Below are positions 26,118-34,068 of a stretch of 34,069 bases of DNA, piece after piece. The stretch is from a virus (taxonomy: Duplodnaviria > Caudoviricetes). Made by a program: the position numbers and the translations under genes. The notes below the pieces were generated by a model. That model made no database searches, was not told the origin of the DNA, and saw nothing but the letters and a program-made list of their open reading frames with translations. Positions within the stretch are counted from its first letter, which is position 1, and each line of letters starts with the position of its first letter. The stretch is from IMG/VR virus record IMGVR_UViG_3300037420_001181, positions 1 through 34,069 of that record; one strand, given 5' to 3'.

Positions 26118-26248
26118 ACACGCTTCACCTGATTTTCTCGATCCTCGCGCTCGCCTGCTTCGTCGCTGCCGCAGCCAACATGCCGAGCAAGATCAACCTT
26201 CAGGCGCTTGGCCTCGCATTCCTTGCCGCAGCGATCCTGTTCGTATGA
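26114..26248 (+). CDS. Small 2-TM membrane protein (44 aa)
   Basis: SD AGGAGG; MNTLHLIFSILALACFVAAAANMPSKINLQALGLAFLAAAILFV. Confidence 0.75.
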   Translation: MNTLHLIFSILALACFVAAAANMPSKINLQALGLAFLAAAILFV

Positions 26249-26457
26249 CCGACCGCGTAGAAATCTACCGCAGTCGCCGGGGAATGCTTCGCCGCACCCA
26301 GTGGCGCGCTCGCGTGGTCGCTCCGAACGGGCGCGTCCTCTTCACTTCGGCGGAGAGCTACAACAACCCCGACGATCTGCTGGCGATTGTCGATCGGCTC
26401 TTTGGGCATTTGCCGCGCGAAGGCTTTGCTCTCCGTGATGAAGGCGATCGACTGTGA
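26245..26457 (+). CDS. YegP/DUF1508-like protein
   Basis: EIYRSR...QWRARVVAPNGRVLFTSAESY pattern. Confidence 0.75.
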   Translation: MTDRVEIYRSRRGMLRRTQWRARVVAPNGRVLFTSAESYNNPDDLLAIVDRLFGHLPREGFALRDEGDRL

Positions 26458-27062
26458 GCGGGCTTGCTGGCCTTGGGCTTCTCGCCAAGCTCAGCGGAGC
26501 GAAGGCGACACTGGCTAAGGTGCCGCCGAAAGTCTGGTACGGCCTCGCCATTGTGGCCGCGCTCGTCGCCAGCATTCTCGTTCATCAGCATTACGCGCAC
26601 AAGGCTCTGAAAGCCGCCGACGCTGCCGGATATGCCCGCGCCGCCAAGGAGGATGCGGATGCGCTGGTCGCGCTGAGAAAGAGAGCAGAGGTCGCAGAAG
26701 CCAATGCGAAAGCCATCGCACAGGACATAAGGAACCGCAACGATGAAACGAACCGCGCTATTGCTGCTGATGCTGCCTCTCTCAAGCTGCGCGGGCCAGG
26801 TGCGGCCAGTTGCCGACGCATCAGTGATCCCGCCCTTCCCGCCACCCGCGGTCAACCTGTCGCGGCCGATCATCAACGAGCCGATGCTGCCCCAGGTCAA
26901 GTGCTTGCAACAGACGGGCAGCCCGACCTCGCCGCAGTGCCATGGCAATGGCTCGTAGGCCGCGCTGAGCAATGCGATCTCGACCGCGCTGAATCGCTGA
27001 GCTGGCGAGACTGGTACGCTCGTCAAAGCGCCGAGTGGGCCAAGCTGAAGGGCGGTAAATGA
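26454..27062 (+). CDS. Inner-membrane spanin (Rz-like)
   Basis: N-terminal TM helix, Ala-rich coiled coil, RAEQCD near the C-terminus; contains an embedded lipoprotein ORF. Confidence 0.8.
   Translation: MSGLAGLGLLAKLSGAKATLAKVPPKVWYGLAIVAALVASILVHQHYAHKALKAADAAGYARAAKEDADALVALRKRAEVAEANAKAIAQDIRNRNDETNRAIAADAASLKLRGPGAASCRRISDPALPATRGQPVAADHQRADAAPGQVLATDGQPDLAAVPWQWLVGRAEQCDLDRAESLSWRDWYARQSAEWAKLKGGK
26743..26958 (+). CDS. Outer-membrane spanin lipoprotein (Rz1-like), fully embedded in Rz in the +1 frame
   Basis: [16 protein letters not shown] lipobox; Pro-rich mature part; AGGA SD upstream. Confidence 0.82.
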   Translation: MKRTALLLLMLPLSSCAGQVRPVADASVIPPFPPPAVNLSRPIINEPMLPQVKCLQQTGSPTSPQCHGNGS

Positions 27063-29650
27063 GTTCTTTCGGCCTTGGTCTCCGTCTCAGGAATTGGAGA
27101 CGTGGAGGGGCGAGCGCGGGAGGCGGCGTGTCCGTTGGCCTCAAGCTCGGGCTCAACATCAATTCAACCTATTATGGCAATCTCCAGACGATCACCAACG
27201 ACATCTTCCAAGCCAGCGCTCCTGAATATGTCGATGGCGGCGGAAATCACTGGCTTCCCGGCGCCAATCTGGACAGCGACAGGTGGGCCGCTTCGCTTCC
27301 CGCTGGAGCTACAGCACTTCGATACGTCATCCAGCTCCCGAAATCCACGAGCCAGGTTTACACTATTTCCTACGGTGCCGGAGCGACCGTCACCAATATC
27401 ACCTCGACCGACGGAACAATCAGCAGCTTCAATTCAGGAACCAGAACCGCGACTTTTACGCCTGCTCACCAGCAGAGCGATGGCGCGCTGGCGGTTGGCA
27501 TTCATTTCGTCTGTTCTACTTCCGCGCCCCCAAAGAATATCACGACCACCCCGAACGGCGTTGGCGGAACCTATGACGCAACTTGGCTAAGCGATCGTTC
27601 AACCGACACGGTATCCGGCGCTCCGTTGCGGTGGATGAAGGCCAATGGCGTCGAGAGCAACAGCGGGGTCACGACGAGATGGGCTGGGGGTACTTCCGGC
27701 TCCCCGGGTCAGCCGATCCCGAACCTCAACACTCCGACTGGCGGCGAATGGTCGCCCAATGACGGGACGAACAACGGCGGCGTACCCAATGACGGAATAC
27801 CAGCAGCAATCGCCGTTGCGGCATCCGCTGCAGCGGGAAGGGACTGCTGGGATTGCTATCAGTATAATTACACCAATGCCCAGGTGGATGCCCGCGCAGA
27901 CGCCGCCGCTGCAGCCCTTGCTATGGGACAGCTCTATTACGCCGAACTTGCGAACGAGCCTTGGAACAGCGGCTATACCAACCAATGGTCGCAGTTGGTT
28001 GCGGAGGCGACAGCCGAGGGCTTGGCGCGGGTTGATGGCGGCTCGTACACCTTCACCGGATCGATCAGCGGAACCACGCTGACGGTTACTGCCGTTACCG
28101 GAACACCGATCCAGGTCGGCCACAAGATCGGTGGCAACAACATCACCTCGGGAACGCAAATTTCCGGCTTCGGGACGGGATCGGGAGGAACCGGAACCTA
28201 CACCATCAACAACTCGCAAACCGTCTCTTCCGCCACGCTGAGGGGTGATATCGGCACAGCGCTTGAGCGAAGCATCGAGAAGACGATAAGCGTGATGGAC
28301 CGCATTGCCGCGCGGTTCGCGGCGGCCGGCAAGTCATCCCAGCTTCGTCGCGTCTATGCGATGCAGAATGCGCAGCCGTCATTGGCGACAAGTATCCTCA
28401 ACTACGCACCGGGTGGGAGCGCGCTCAAGATCCACATCGACGTTCTGGCCTCTGCCCCCTACGCCCGCCCTGACAGTGGTGTAAACCAGAGCCAGAACCC
28501 GTTTACTGCCTACACCGTCTCGCAGATCATTTCACAGCTGTACACCAACGGTCTCACCGAGATAAACAACGCGGTCACGATCAAGGCCGCGGCGGTTGCT
28601 GCGGGGCTGACGTGGGCGGCTTACGAAGACGGAGTTGAGGCGGCGTTCGCCGACACGACCTTTGCCGCCAGCCTTGCCCGCGATTCCGGCATGTACGACT
28701 TCTACATGTGGTGGGTTCAGCAGCATGAATTGCGGCTTGGGACGACCTCGTCCATCTGCATGTTCATCGACCTGGACGTGATCGATAGCTTCGGCGCGTT
28801 CGGCCAAAAGGAATATCTTGCCCAGACGACCAGCCTCGCGAATACTCCGAAGCGTAAGGCCATTGTCGATTATGTAGCGAACACCCGCAAGCTCAAGACG
28901 CTGACGGGAACGCTCTCTGCCCCGGCAGGATCATCGGTTGGTTATGTCTTGGGCACACTCACCGGACGCATCGCCGGGTCCACGGTCACGCTACAATCCA
29001 ACCCGAGCGGGGCGGTGGCGATTACCGATGCAACGGCGGCGGATCTTCAATTCACGATTGCCAATGCGGCTTCCTTCGCGAGTGCGGGGACGGTCAACAT
29101 CACGGTGCGCGAAACGGACTCGCGCGATTCTACCAGCCCGAAAGATACGGCGATCGGAATTACAGTCATCAGCGGGACCATCTGGAACGCCGCGACCAGC
29201 AACGCGGCCTACACTCTCAGCAACGGCAACCTGACCGGAACCCGCTCGACCGGAAGCGGCGACGTTCTTCTGCGGGCTAACAACCTGAAGGCCAACTCGA
29301 CCAGCCATTTCGATGTCACGACTACCGGATCAGCCGGATCGCGCCATGTCGGGTTCGCCGCAGCCGGCGCTCCCACCACCGAATGGCTGGGATCGAGCAA
29401 TCTTACCATCGGTTACATCAATACCGGTGCGATCATGTACAACGGAGCTACGGCTGTGACTGGAGCGAGCTGGACAGCTAGCGACACGATCCGTGCTGAG
29501 TTCGACGGGACCAAGGCATACTTCTACAAGAACGGCGCTCTGCAAAATGCCGGCGGAACGACGATCTCCAGCACGATCCCGAACCCCTATCCGGCGTGCA
29601 GCACGAACAGTTCGCCCAATTCGTTCACAGGGGACTTCAGCGGATGGTGA
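27059..29650 (+). CDS. Multidomain fibre protein: GLGL anchor, GH-A-like TIM barrel, cadherin-like domain, SPRY/ConA-like domain
   Basis: [11 protein letters not shown]-terminus; [10 protein letters not shown] and WAAYEDG catalytic-Glu motifs; [10 protein letters not shown]; [18 protein letters not shown]...FYKNG. Confidence 0.8.
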   Translation: MSSFGLGLRLRNWRRGGASAGGGVSVGLKLGLNINSTYYGNLQTITNDIFQASAPEYVDGGGNHWLPGANLDSDRWAASLPAGATALRYVIQLPKSTSQVYTISYGAGATVTNITSTDGTISSFNSGTRTATFTPAHQQSDGALAVGIHFVCSTSAPPKNITTTPNGVGGTYDATWLSDRSTDTVSGAPLRWMKANGVESNSGVTTRWAGGTSGSPGQPIPNLNTPTGGEWSPNDGTNNGGVPNDGIPAAIAVAASAAAGRDCWDCYQYNYTNAQVDARADAAAAALAMGQLYYAELANEPWNSGYTNQWSQLVAEATAEGLARVDGGSYTFTGSISGTTLTVTAVTGTPIQVGHKIGGNNITSGTQISGFGTGSGGTGTYTINNSQTVSSATLRGDIGTALERSIEKTISVMDRIAARFAAAGKSSQLRRVYAMQNAQPSLATSILNYAPGGSALKIHIDVLASAPYARPDSGVNQSQNPFTAYTVSQIISQLYTNGLTEINNAVTIKAAAVAAGLTWAAYEDGVEAAFADTTFAASLARDSGMYDFYMWWVQQHELRLGTTSSICMFIDLDVIDSFGAFGQKEYLAQTTSLANTPKRKAIVDYVANTRKLKTLTGTLSAPAGSSVGYVLGTLTGRIAGSTVTLQSNPSGAVAITDATAADLQFTIANAASFASAGTVNITVRETDSRDSTSPKDTAIGITVISGTIWNAATSNAAYTLSNGNLTGTRSTGSGDVLLRANNLKANSTSHFDVTTTGSAGSRHVGFAAAGAPTTEWLGSSNLTIGYINTGAIMYNGATAVTGASWTASDTIRAEFDGTKAYFYKNGALQNAGGTTISSTIPNPYPACSTNSSPNSFTGDFSGW

Positions 29651-29762
29651 GCCGCCATAGCAGAAACCCGATGTCGAACAGAACGACCGCGACGAGCTGA
29701 CCGCCACCGATCACGAAGAAAAACGGAAGCCAGCGCCTCAGCGCTGAAGGTTCTGGTTCCAT
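29637..29762 (-). CDS. Antisense 41-aa single-TM peptide
   Basis: [41 protein letters not shown]; overlaps the end of the upstream minus-strand ORF. Confidence 0.45.
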   Translation of the reverse strand: MEPEPSALRRWLPFFFVIGGGQLVAVVLFDIGFLLWRLTIR

Positions 29763-29923
29763 CGATCTGCGCACTTCGCCATGCGGCGCATTTCAAGCCA
29801 GAACTCATCTGGAGCGCGGACTTCCGCTACCCAACGGTTTAAAGCGCCCGTCCAGGTTAGCCCCTCATCGACCAGCGCGGTCGGATTTTCAGTTACTTTC
29901 AGCACGTGAACACGCTCCTGCAT
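29738..29923 (-). CDS. Antisense small protein (61 aa)
   Basis: MQERVHVLKVTENPTALVDEGLTW...; TATGCT lies 4 nt before the ATG. Confidence 0.5.
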   Translation of the reverse strand: MQERVHVLKVTENPTALVDEGLTWTGALNRWVAEVRAPDEFWLEMRRMAKCADRWNQNLQR

Positions 29924-29994
29924 ACCGAGCATAGGCCGCAAGGTTGTTAACGCACGTTTGCTGGATCGGCAAGCTAATACCAGGAGTGCGAGCA

Positions 29995-30417
29995 ATGAAA
30001 CACGGGCTCCTCATCGGCGCTGCGGTGATCGTCGTTCCGATGGTCCAGCTGAAAGCATCACCCTACCGGCTCTGTCCGAACGGCACCTATGTCCGCAAGA
30101 GTCAGCCCTGTCCGGCTCCGACGCCAACACCTTCTCCGACGCCTAGCCCGACGCCCAGTCCGACGCCCACACCCGTTCCTGCGTCGATCGCCGATGGTGC
30201 GCTGCTGACCGCGACGAAGAGCTGCTCGAGCGTGTGGGTGCACAATGGCATCACCGACTTCCCCGGCGTCACTGCCGGCCAGAGCTATCGCGTCTTTTCG
30301 AGCGTCACTGGTCTGCTGCCGACCTGGTTCACGGGCACCGCCGTCAGCGCGATGCCTCTTCCGCCCGCGCCCTATCCCGGTTCGTCAGGCTATGTCGATG
30401 TGAGCTGCTTCCAATGA
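29995..30417 (+). CDS. Exported Cys-containing protein with Pro/Thr linker
   Basis: SD AGGAG; signal-like MKHGLLIGAAVIVV; CPNGTYVRKSQPCP; PT/PS repeats; two more Cys in the C-terminal domain. Confidence 0.75.
   Translation: MKHGLLIGAAVIVVPMVQLKASPYRLCPNGTYVRKSQPCPAPTPTPSPTPSPTPSPTPTPVPASIADGALLTATKSCSSVWVHNGITDFPGVTAGQSYRVFSSVTGLLPTWFTGTAVSAMPLPPAPYPGSSGYVDVSCFQ
30118..30180 (+). repeat. Coding PTPS tandem repeat
   Basis: Imperfect 12-nt repeats (CCGACGCCYAGY) encoding PTPTPSPTPSPTPSPTPTP. Confidence 0.8.
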
Positions 30418-30593
30418 AGGATCTGACCGAAGCTCAAAAGCGGGTGCTGGACGAGCTCCGCGCCAACCCCTTCGCCAAGCAAAAGCAGATCGGTGCCGCG
30501 ATCGGAATAATCGGTGTCGCTGTCTTGCAGCACTTGAGAGCGATGGAGAAGAAGGGGTTTATCCGTCGCGTTCCGCGGTGGCAGGTGGTCTAG
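30414..30593 (+). CDS. Stand-alone LexA-type winged-HTH protein (59 aa)
   Basis: LTEAQKRVLDEL...IGAAIGI..VAVLQHLRAMEKKGFIRR; no peptidase domain. Confidence 0.8.
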   Translation: MKDLTEAQKRVLDELRANPFAKQKQIGAAIGIIGVAVLQHLRAMEKKGFIRRVPRWQVV

Positions 30594-30612
30594 CGGGTGG
30601 CCCGCGCAAAGG

Positions 30613-31218
30613 TCATGGCAGCGGCTCAATCTCGTAATAATTGCAGCCCGTTCCATGGCGCGGATAAATACGCGGCCGACGGTCCGGATGGACAACGATT
30701 AGCGAGCGGTCCTGATACACAACCCACTTCTCGCCGCCCGCTTCGTCGGGGAGATATCCGAACTCTCTCTTTAGAGCCGATGAGCATTCTTCGTTCATGG
30801 CCTCCTGATGCCTCTCCCTCTCCCCATCCTTAAGCAGGGTAGAGATTGCTTCGGCTGCTTCTCCACAAGCCTCACGACCTTTTGCGTCGCACAACCAGCG
30901 CAACCGCTCGATCAGCTTCTCATAGTTAGGCCTAGGCTCATGCTCCGGATAGCGGAACGAGCCGTCCGGGTTTTTCCCAAGGAAAGAGTCGTCGCGACAT
31001 GGATGCCAGTATCCATCCGGACCTATTTCAGTCGGCCGCCACCCAAGAGCAGAGCTGCCTTCGGTGCGGGCGCTACAGCAGTGTGGGCAAAGCGCATTGC
31101 CCAGACTATTCTTCGGATGGTTGGGAAGTTTCACAAACTCGTGCCCACGCTCACACTCTTCGAGCAGCGCAACGGTCCGCCAATCCGTGCCAGCGTATCT
31201 CAGCTCAACCTCACCCAT
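30613..31218 (-). CDS. Hypothetical protein (possible internal start at 30798)
   Basis: TAATG-coupled; CERGH...CPHC motif; internal AGGAGG-cc-ATG. Confidence 0.6.
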   Translation of the reverse strand: MGEVELRYAGTDWRTVALLEECERGHEFVKLPNHPKNSLGNALCPHCCSARTEGSSALGWRPTEIGPDGYWHPCRDDSFLGKNPDGSFRYPEHEPRPNYEKLIERLRWLCDAKGREACGEAAEAISTLLKDGERERHQEAMNEECSSALKREFGYLPDEAGGEKWVVYQDRSLIVVHPDRRPRIYPRHGTGCNYYEIEPLP

Positions 31219-31364
31219 TACGACTTCCCTTCAGTTCGTGCTCTAAGGGCTTTTCGCGCCGCATGATCTGGACGTTCGCGCTCATCTCTGTGCGTGTTGA
31301 CGCGGCAAGGTTCATAGCCTCTGGCACCGCACAAAGGGCAATCGATTGGCTCCAGCTTATCCAT
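31218..31364 (-). CDS. Small zinc-finger protein (48 aa)
   Basis: Missed by the ORF track: MDKLEPIDCPLCGARGYEPCRVNTHRDERERPDHAARKALRARTEGKS (C-x2-C...C...H). Confidence 0.7.
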   Translation of the reverse strand: MDKLEPIDCPLCGARGYEPCRVNTHRDERERPDHAARKALRARTEGKS

Positions 31365-31761
31365 CATGCTTCTCGCTTGGGGAAAGGGCGGCGCGGTTAG
31401 CTAATGCGAAGTCGATACGGTTTTGTCGTTGAGCTACAAGCGCCTCGTACCGTCGATCACTGGCAAGTTCTCGATAGGACTCGGTTATTCCTGCATCGAT
31501 GCAAAGGCGCGTCACGCATCCTAAGATGCGAAGGGCGGTCCAACCATCTTTTTCGCTGGTGCCAAGACAGGCAAGTTTCGTCAGACATAGCGCCTCCCGC
31601 AACCGCTCGTTCTCCTCCATCGCCGGTTCGAAGAGTGCGAGAACGGAGTCGGCGACTTCCAGCGCGTGAGCATGTTCAATGCCGCCTTCCCTAGGCCATG
31701 CCTCTTCCCACTGAGCGTGCCAAATCGCCCGCGCGATCTTCTCCCGCATCGTGTCAGTCAT
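31357..31761 (-). CDS. Hypothetical protein
   Basis: Overlaps both neighbours; MREKIARAIW...ADSVLA phage-type module. Confidence 0.7.
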   Translation of the reverse strand: MTDTMREKIARAIWHAQWEEAWPREGGIEHAHALEVADSVLALFEPAMEENERLREALCLTKLACLGTSEKDGWTALRILGCVTRLCIDAGITESYRELASDRRYEALVAQRQNRIDFALANRAALSPSEKHDG

Positions 31762-32317
31762 GGGTCAGTCCTTGGGCTTCGGCGAGACGAGCTTCGCGTT
31801 TTCTACGGTTATAGGCAGCGGCAGCAATCTGGCTGCACGCCCGACAGTATCGGTGATTACGCCCGCGTATCGTCAGGCGATAGGTGTTCTTCTCATCATA
31901 CGGATGGCCTCGCGAGCAATGAGTTTTGCGTCGATTGGCGCTGTTCGCTCTGCCCTTGAGAACCTTGTCGCGCATATTGTCGTCATGTGTCCCCAGCCAA
32001 AGGTGGGCTGGATTGCAGCAGGGCGGGTTATCGCAGCTGTGGCAAACGCAAACGGTCGGCTTTGAGCCGTTCGCCAATTCCCAGGCTATACGATGCGCCG
32101 CACGCATGGCAGCTTTCCACACGGTGCGCCCGTATCCGTCCTTGTCGTAATGTAGTTTCCACGGCCAGCATTCATCTGGACCGCGCCGATCTACGCGTGA
32201 CCAGAATTTGTCAGGATCGCTCGTGCGACAAACCTTGCACAGCGGCCCGCGATGGAGGGGCCTGAACTCGCCACAACCGCTGCATATGGCGCGCTTATCT
32301 TTCGCGACATAGACCAT
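31754..32317 (-). CDS. HNH homing endonuclease
   Basis: FWSRVDRRGPDECWPW, AHRIAW, VCHSCDNPPCCNPAHLWLGTHDDN, C-terminal KTHCSRGH...RYCRAC. Confidence 0.92.
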   Translation of the reverse strand: MVYVAKDKRAICSGCGEFRPLHRGPLCKVCRTSDPDKFWSRVDRRGPDECWPWKLHYDKDGYGRTVWKAAMRAAHRIAWELANGSKPTVCVCHSCDNPPCCNPAHLWLGTHDDNMRDKVLKGRANSANRRKTHCSRGHPYDEKNTYRLTIRGRNHRYCRACSQIAAAAYNRRKREARLAEAQGLTHD

Positions 32318-32584
32318 TTAGTCGGCTTCGAGCTTGGCGAGGAGGGCGTCGATCAGGTCACAAAGCTCTGTCGCGCGGACCCCGGCAACGATCTGATCTC
32401 GCGTCGATGCCCAGCCGACGAATGGGGCAGCCTTCACCAGAGCGCTGTAAAGCTCTTCGATTGTGTCGGCGGCTTCGTTGATAGCCTTTGCCTCGTCGGT
32501 CCATCCATGCGCTTTCCACGGCACAGCGTATGCCCGCAGCCGCTCCACGACAGGCAGCGCAGCCCCTGCTTCTTGGTTGGTCAT
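32318..32584 (-). CDS. Hypothetical protein
   Basis: VVERLR...EAADTIEEL phage module; coupled to both neighbours. Confidence 0.7.
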   Translation of the reverse strand: MTNQEAGAALPVVERLRAYAVPWKAHGWTDEAKAINEAADTIEELYSALVKAAPFVGWASTRDQIVAGVRATELCDLIDALLAKLEAD

Positions 32585-32907
32585 GCTGATTCTCCTCGGG
32601 CTTTGGCGGCACGGTCAAGCCGCTCTATCTCGGCGACGATCAGCGCCCCCGCCTTGATTAGGTTGCGGCGTCGGTCGGCGGGTTTCCACCATTCTCGGCT
32701 CCAAGGCCACAAGCGCTCAAAAATCGACGCCATCGTTCCCGCAACGAGAGGGCGCGGCACTATCGCGTAACATGCCGCAGCATCAGCTAGTTCGCCATTT
32801 GCGTGCGTGTCGTCGTGCTCTGGCGTCCATCCCTCTACGTTAACTTGGCGGCGGCGCTCGGCTTGGATAGCCAGAATCGCGCGCGATTTTTCGTAGCTGT
32901 CAGTCAT
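32581..32907 (-). CDS. Conserved phage protein (AERRRQ..EGWTPEHDD..WPW domain)
   Basis: AERRRQVNVEGWTPEHDDTH..GELADAAACY...WPWSREWWKP..RRRNLIKAGALIVAEIERLDR, a recurrent early-region phage domain. Confidence 0.8.
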   Translation of the reverse strand: MTDSYEKSRAILAIQAERRRQVNVEGWTPEHDDTHANGELADAAACYAIVPRPLVAGTMASIFERLWPWSREWWKPADRRRNLIKAGALIVAEIERLDRAAKARGESA

Positions 32908-32941
32908 AACTGCGTCCCTGCTTCTCGATGTGGGTTAAGGG

Positions 32942-33202
32942 TCATGCTGCGTTTTCCCTGATCCACGCTTGAACCTCGCGCGCTACAGTGAGGTAGTCGG
33001 CGCTCGGGTCTTTGGTGACTTCCTGCCCTGGTCGGTATGTTGCCCAAATCCGCGAGCGCAGACGCATCGGAAGTTTGAACCAATGTGCTTTGCAGCCCCA
33101 CATCGCGGGCGGCACCTTGCGCTCACACCCCGGCCAATGGCAGTGATGATCGAACGTCGTGTTTCGCGCGGCTTCGCTGCGGACGTATTCGGCCTTACTC
33201 AC
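32942..33202 (-). CDS. Zn-binding phage protein (CHWPGC...CxxHW)
   Basis: GTG 33202 overlaps the upstream gene end; HHCHWPGCERKVPPAMWGCKAHWFKLP. Confidence 0.75.
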   Translation of the reverse strand: MSKAEYVRSEAARNTTFDHHCHWPGCERKVPPAMWGCKAHWFKLPMRLRSRIWATYRPGQEVTKDPSADYLTVAREVQAWIRENAA

Positions 33203-33521
33203 GGTTCGGCCAACATTGATCGCAGTCCGCACCCTTGGCGCAGCGCGATGTAATGAAGCAATCGAGCCAGTCGATATTGTCGCTTAACGCCTCACTTTGG
33301 AGTGACACGCCCTCCCATTCCTCGCACACCCTCGATTCGAGGCCGCGCAAATTCCGCAGGATCGAGTGCAGGTAATAGTGCTCCTGCTCCGTCCACGGTG
33401 CTGGTTTCAAACGAGCGGCTTGTTCGCGTAAAGCGTCCAGTTCGGCCCATACCTCAGGGGTCGCTTGCCGAGCATAATGCTCGTGGATAGTTTTCACTTC
33501 TGGCAGGGTTGGGTTAGGCAT
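33195..33521 (-). CDS. Hypothetical protein (108 aa)
   Basis: SD GAAAGGG before ATG 33521; the longer ORF-track N-terminus is antisense to the tRNA fragment. Confidence 0.7.
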   Translation of the reverse strand: MPNPTLPEVKTIHEHYARQATPEVWAELDALREQAARLKPAPWTEQEHYYLHSILRNLRGLESRVCEEWEGVSLQSEALSDNIDWLDCFITSRCAKGADCDQCWPNRE

Positions 33522-33672
33522 TGTCGGACCCTTTCTGGGTGGTGGGTGGGCAGGGGCCGAAAGTTCGCTGTGAACCTTCGACCGTGAATCGAACGGGAAC
33601 ATGGGCAAGCATGCGGCATGTGGGCCCGAGAGAAAGCGCCCACAAATCAACGTGTGAGGACAGGAGCCTCGT

Positions 33673-33718
33673 CTTCGGGAGGCAGGGGCCGGAGGTTCGA
33701 ATCCTCTCTCCCCGACCA
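33673..33718 (+). other. Attachment-site core: 3' half of tRNA-Pro(CGG)
   Basis: CTTCGGGAGGCAGGGGCCGGAGGTTCGAATCCTCTCTCCCCGACCA comprises anticodon loop, T-arm, acceptor 3' strand and CCA. The 5' half and D-arm are absent and the 5' anticodon-stem strand does not pair fully. Confidence 0.9.
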
Positions 33719-33732
33719 TTGAATTCAAACAT

Positions 33733-34068
33733 TTACGCTATCCTCGACGCAGGGCGCTGAGGTTCATTTGAACCTTCGGGCTCATCTTCTTCATCTTCTG
33801 GAGGTTCAGTGAGGCCCAGTTTCTCGCGCTCTTCGCGGCAAGCTCGCTGGAATGACGATTCTCCAATGCGCTCGCCGTCGAAAAAGAACTCCTGTTCGCC
33901 CTTCTTCCCATAGTAGTCATGGTCGCAATTACAGCGATCGACTATCGCCAATGCTTCGTCCAGGAAGCCAGCAATCGCATCGTTGGTAAGCTGGCGATTG
34001 GAGCTAAGCCAGCACCATGAATGGCGATACCAGCTGAGTTCAATGTCGCCGCATTTAAGGTTCCAGTG
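33733..34068 (-). CDS. Hypothetical protein, C-terminal part (enters from the right edge), phage-like
   Basis: Frame open to the window edge: HWNLKCGDIELSWYRHSWCWLSSNRQLTNDAIAGFLDEALAIVDRC...ASRIA; no integrase motifs. Confidence 0.6.
   Translation of the reverse strand, partial: HWNLKCGDIELSWYRHSWCWLSSNRQLTNDAIAGFLDEALAIVDRCNCDHDYYGKKGEQEFFFDGERIGESSFQRACREEREKLGLTEPPEDEEDEPEGSNEPQRPASRIA

Larger units (their letters stand above)
1..33718. mobile_element. Temperate podovirus-like (P22-type architecture) phage/prophage, truncated at the left edge inside the repressor gene
   Basis: Ordered modules: immunity switch, replication, terminase, portal, scaffold, capsid, short-tail and ejection proteins, tailspike, lysis, att core. 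No tape-measure, tube or sheath gene seen. Confidence 0.95.

Noticed and set aside
33640-33718. Intact tRNA-Pro gene
   Set aside because: Only the 3' half is present; upstream bases cannot form the acceptor 5' strand, D-arm or a full anticodon stem, so it is called an att core.
33522-33728. N-terminal extension of ORF 33195..33728 (MVGERGFEPPAPASRR)
   Set aside because: Typical antisense translation of a tRNA; the SD-led start is at 33521.
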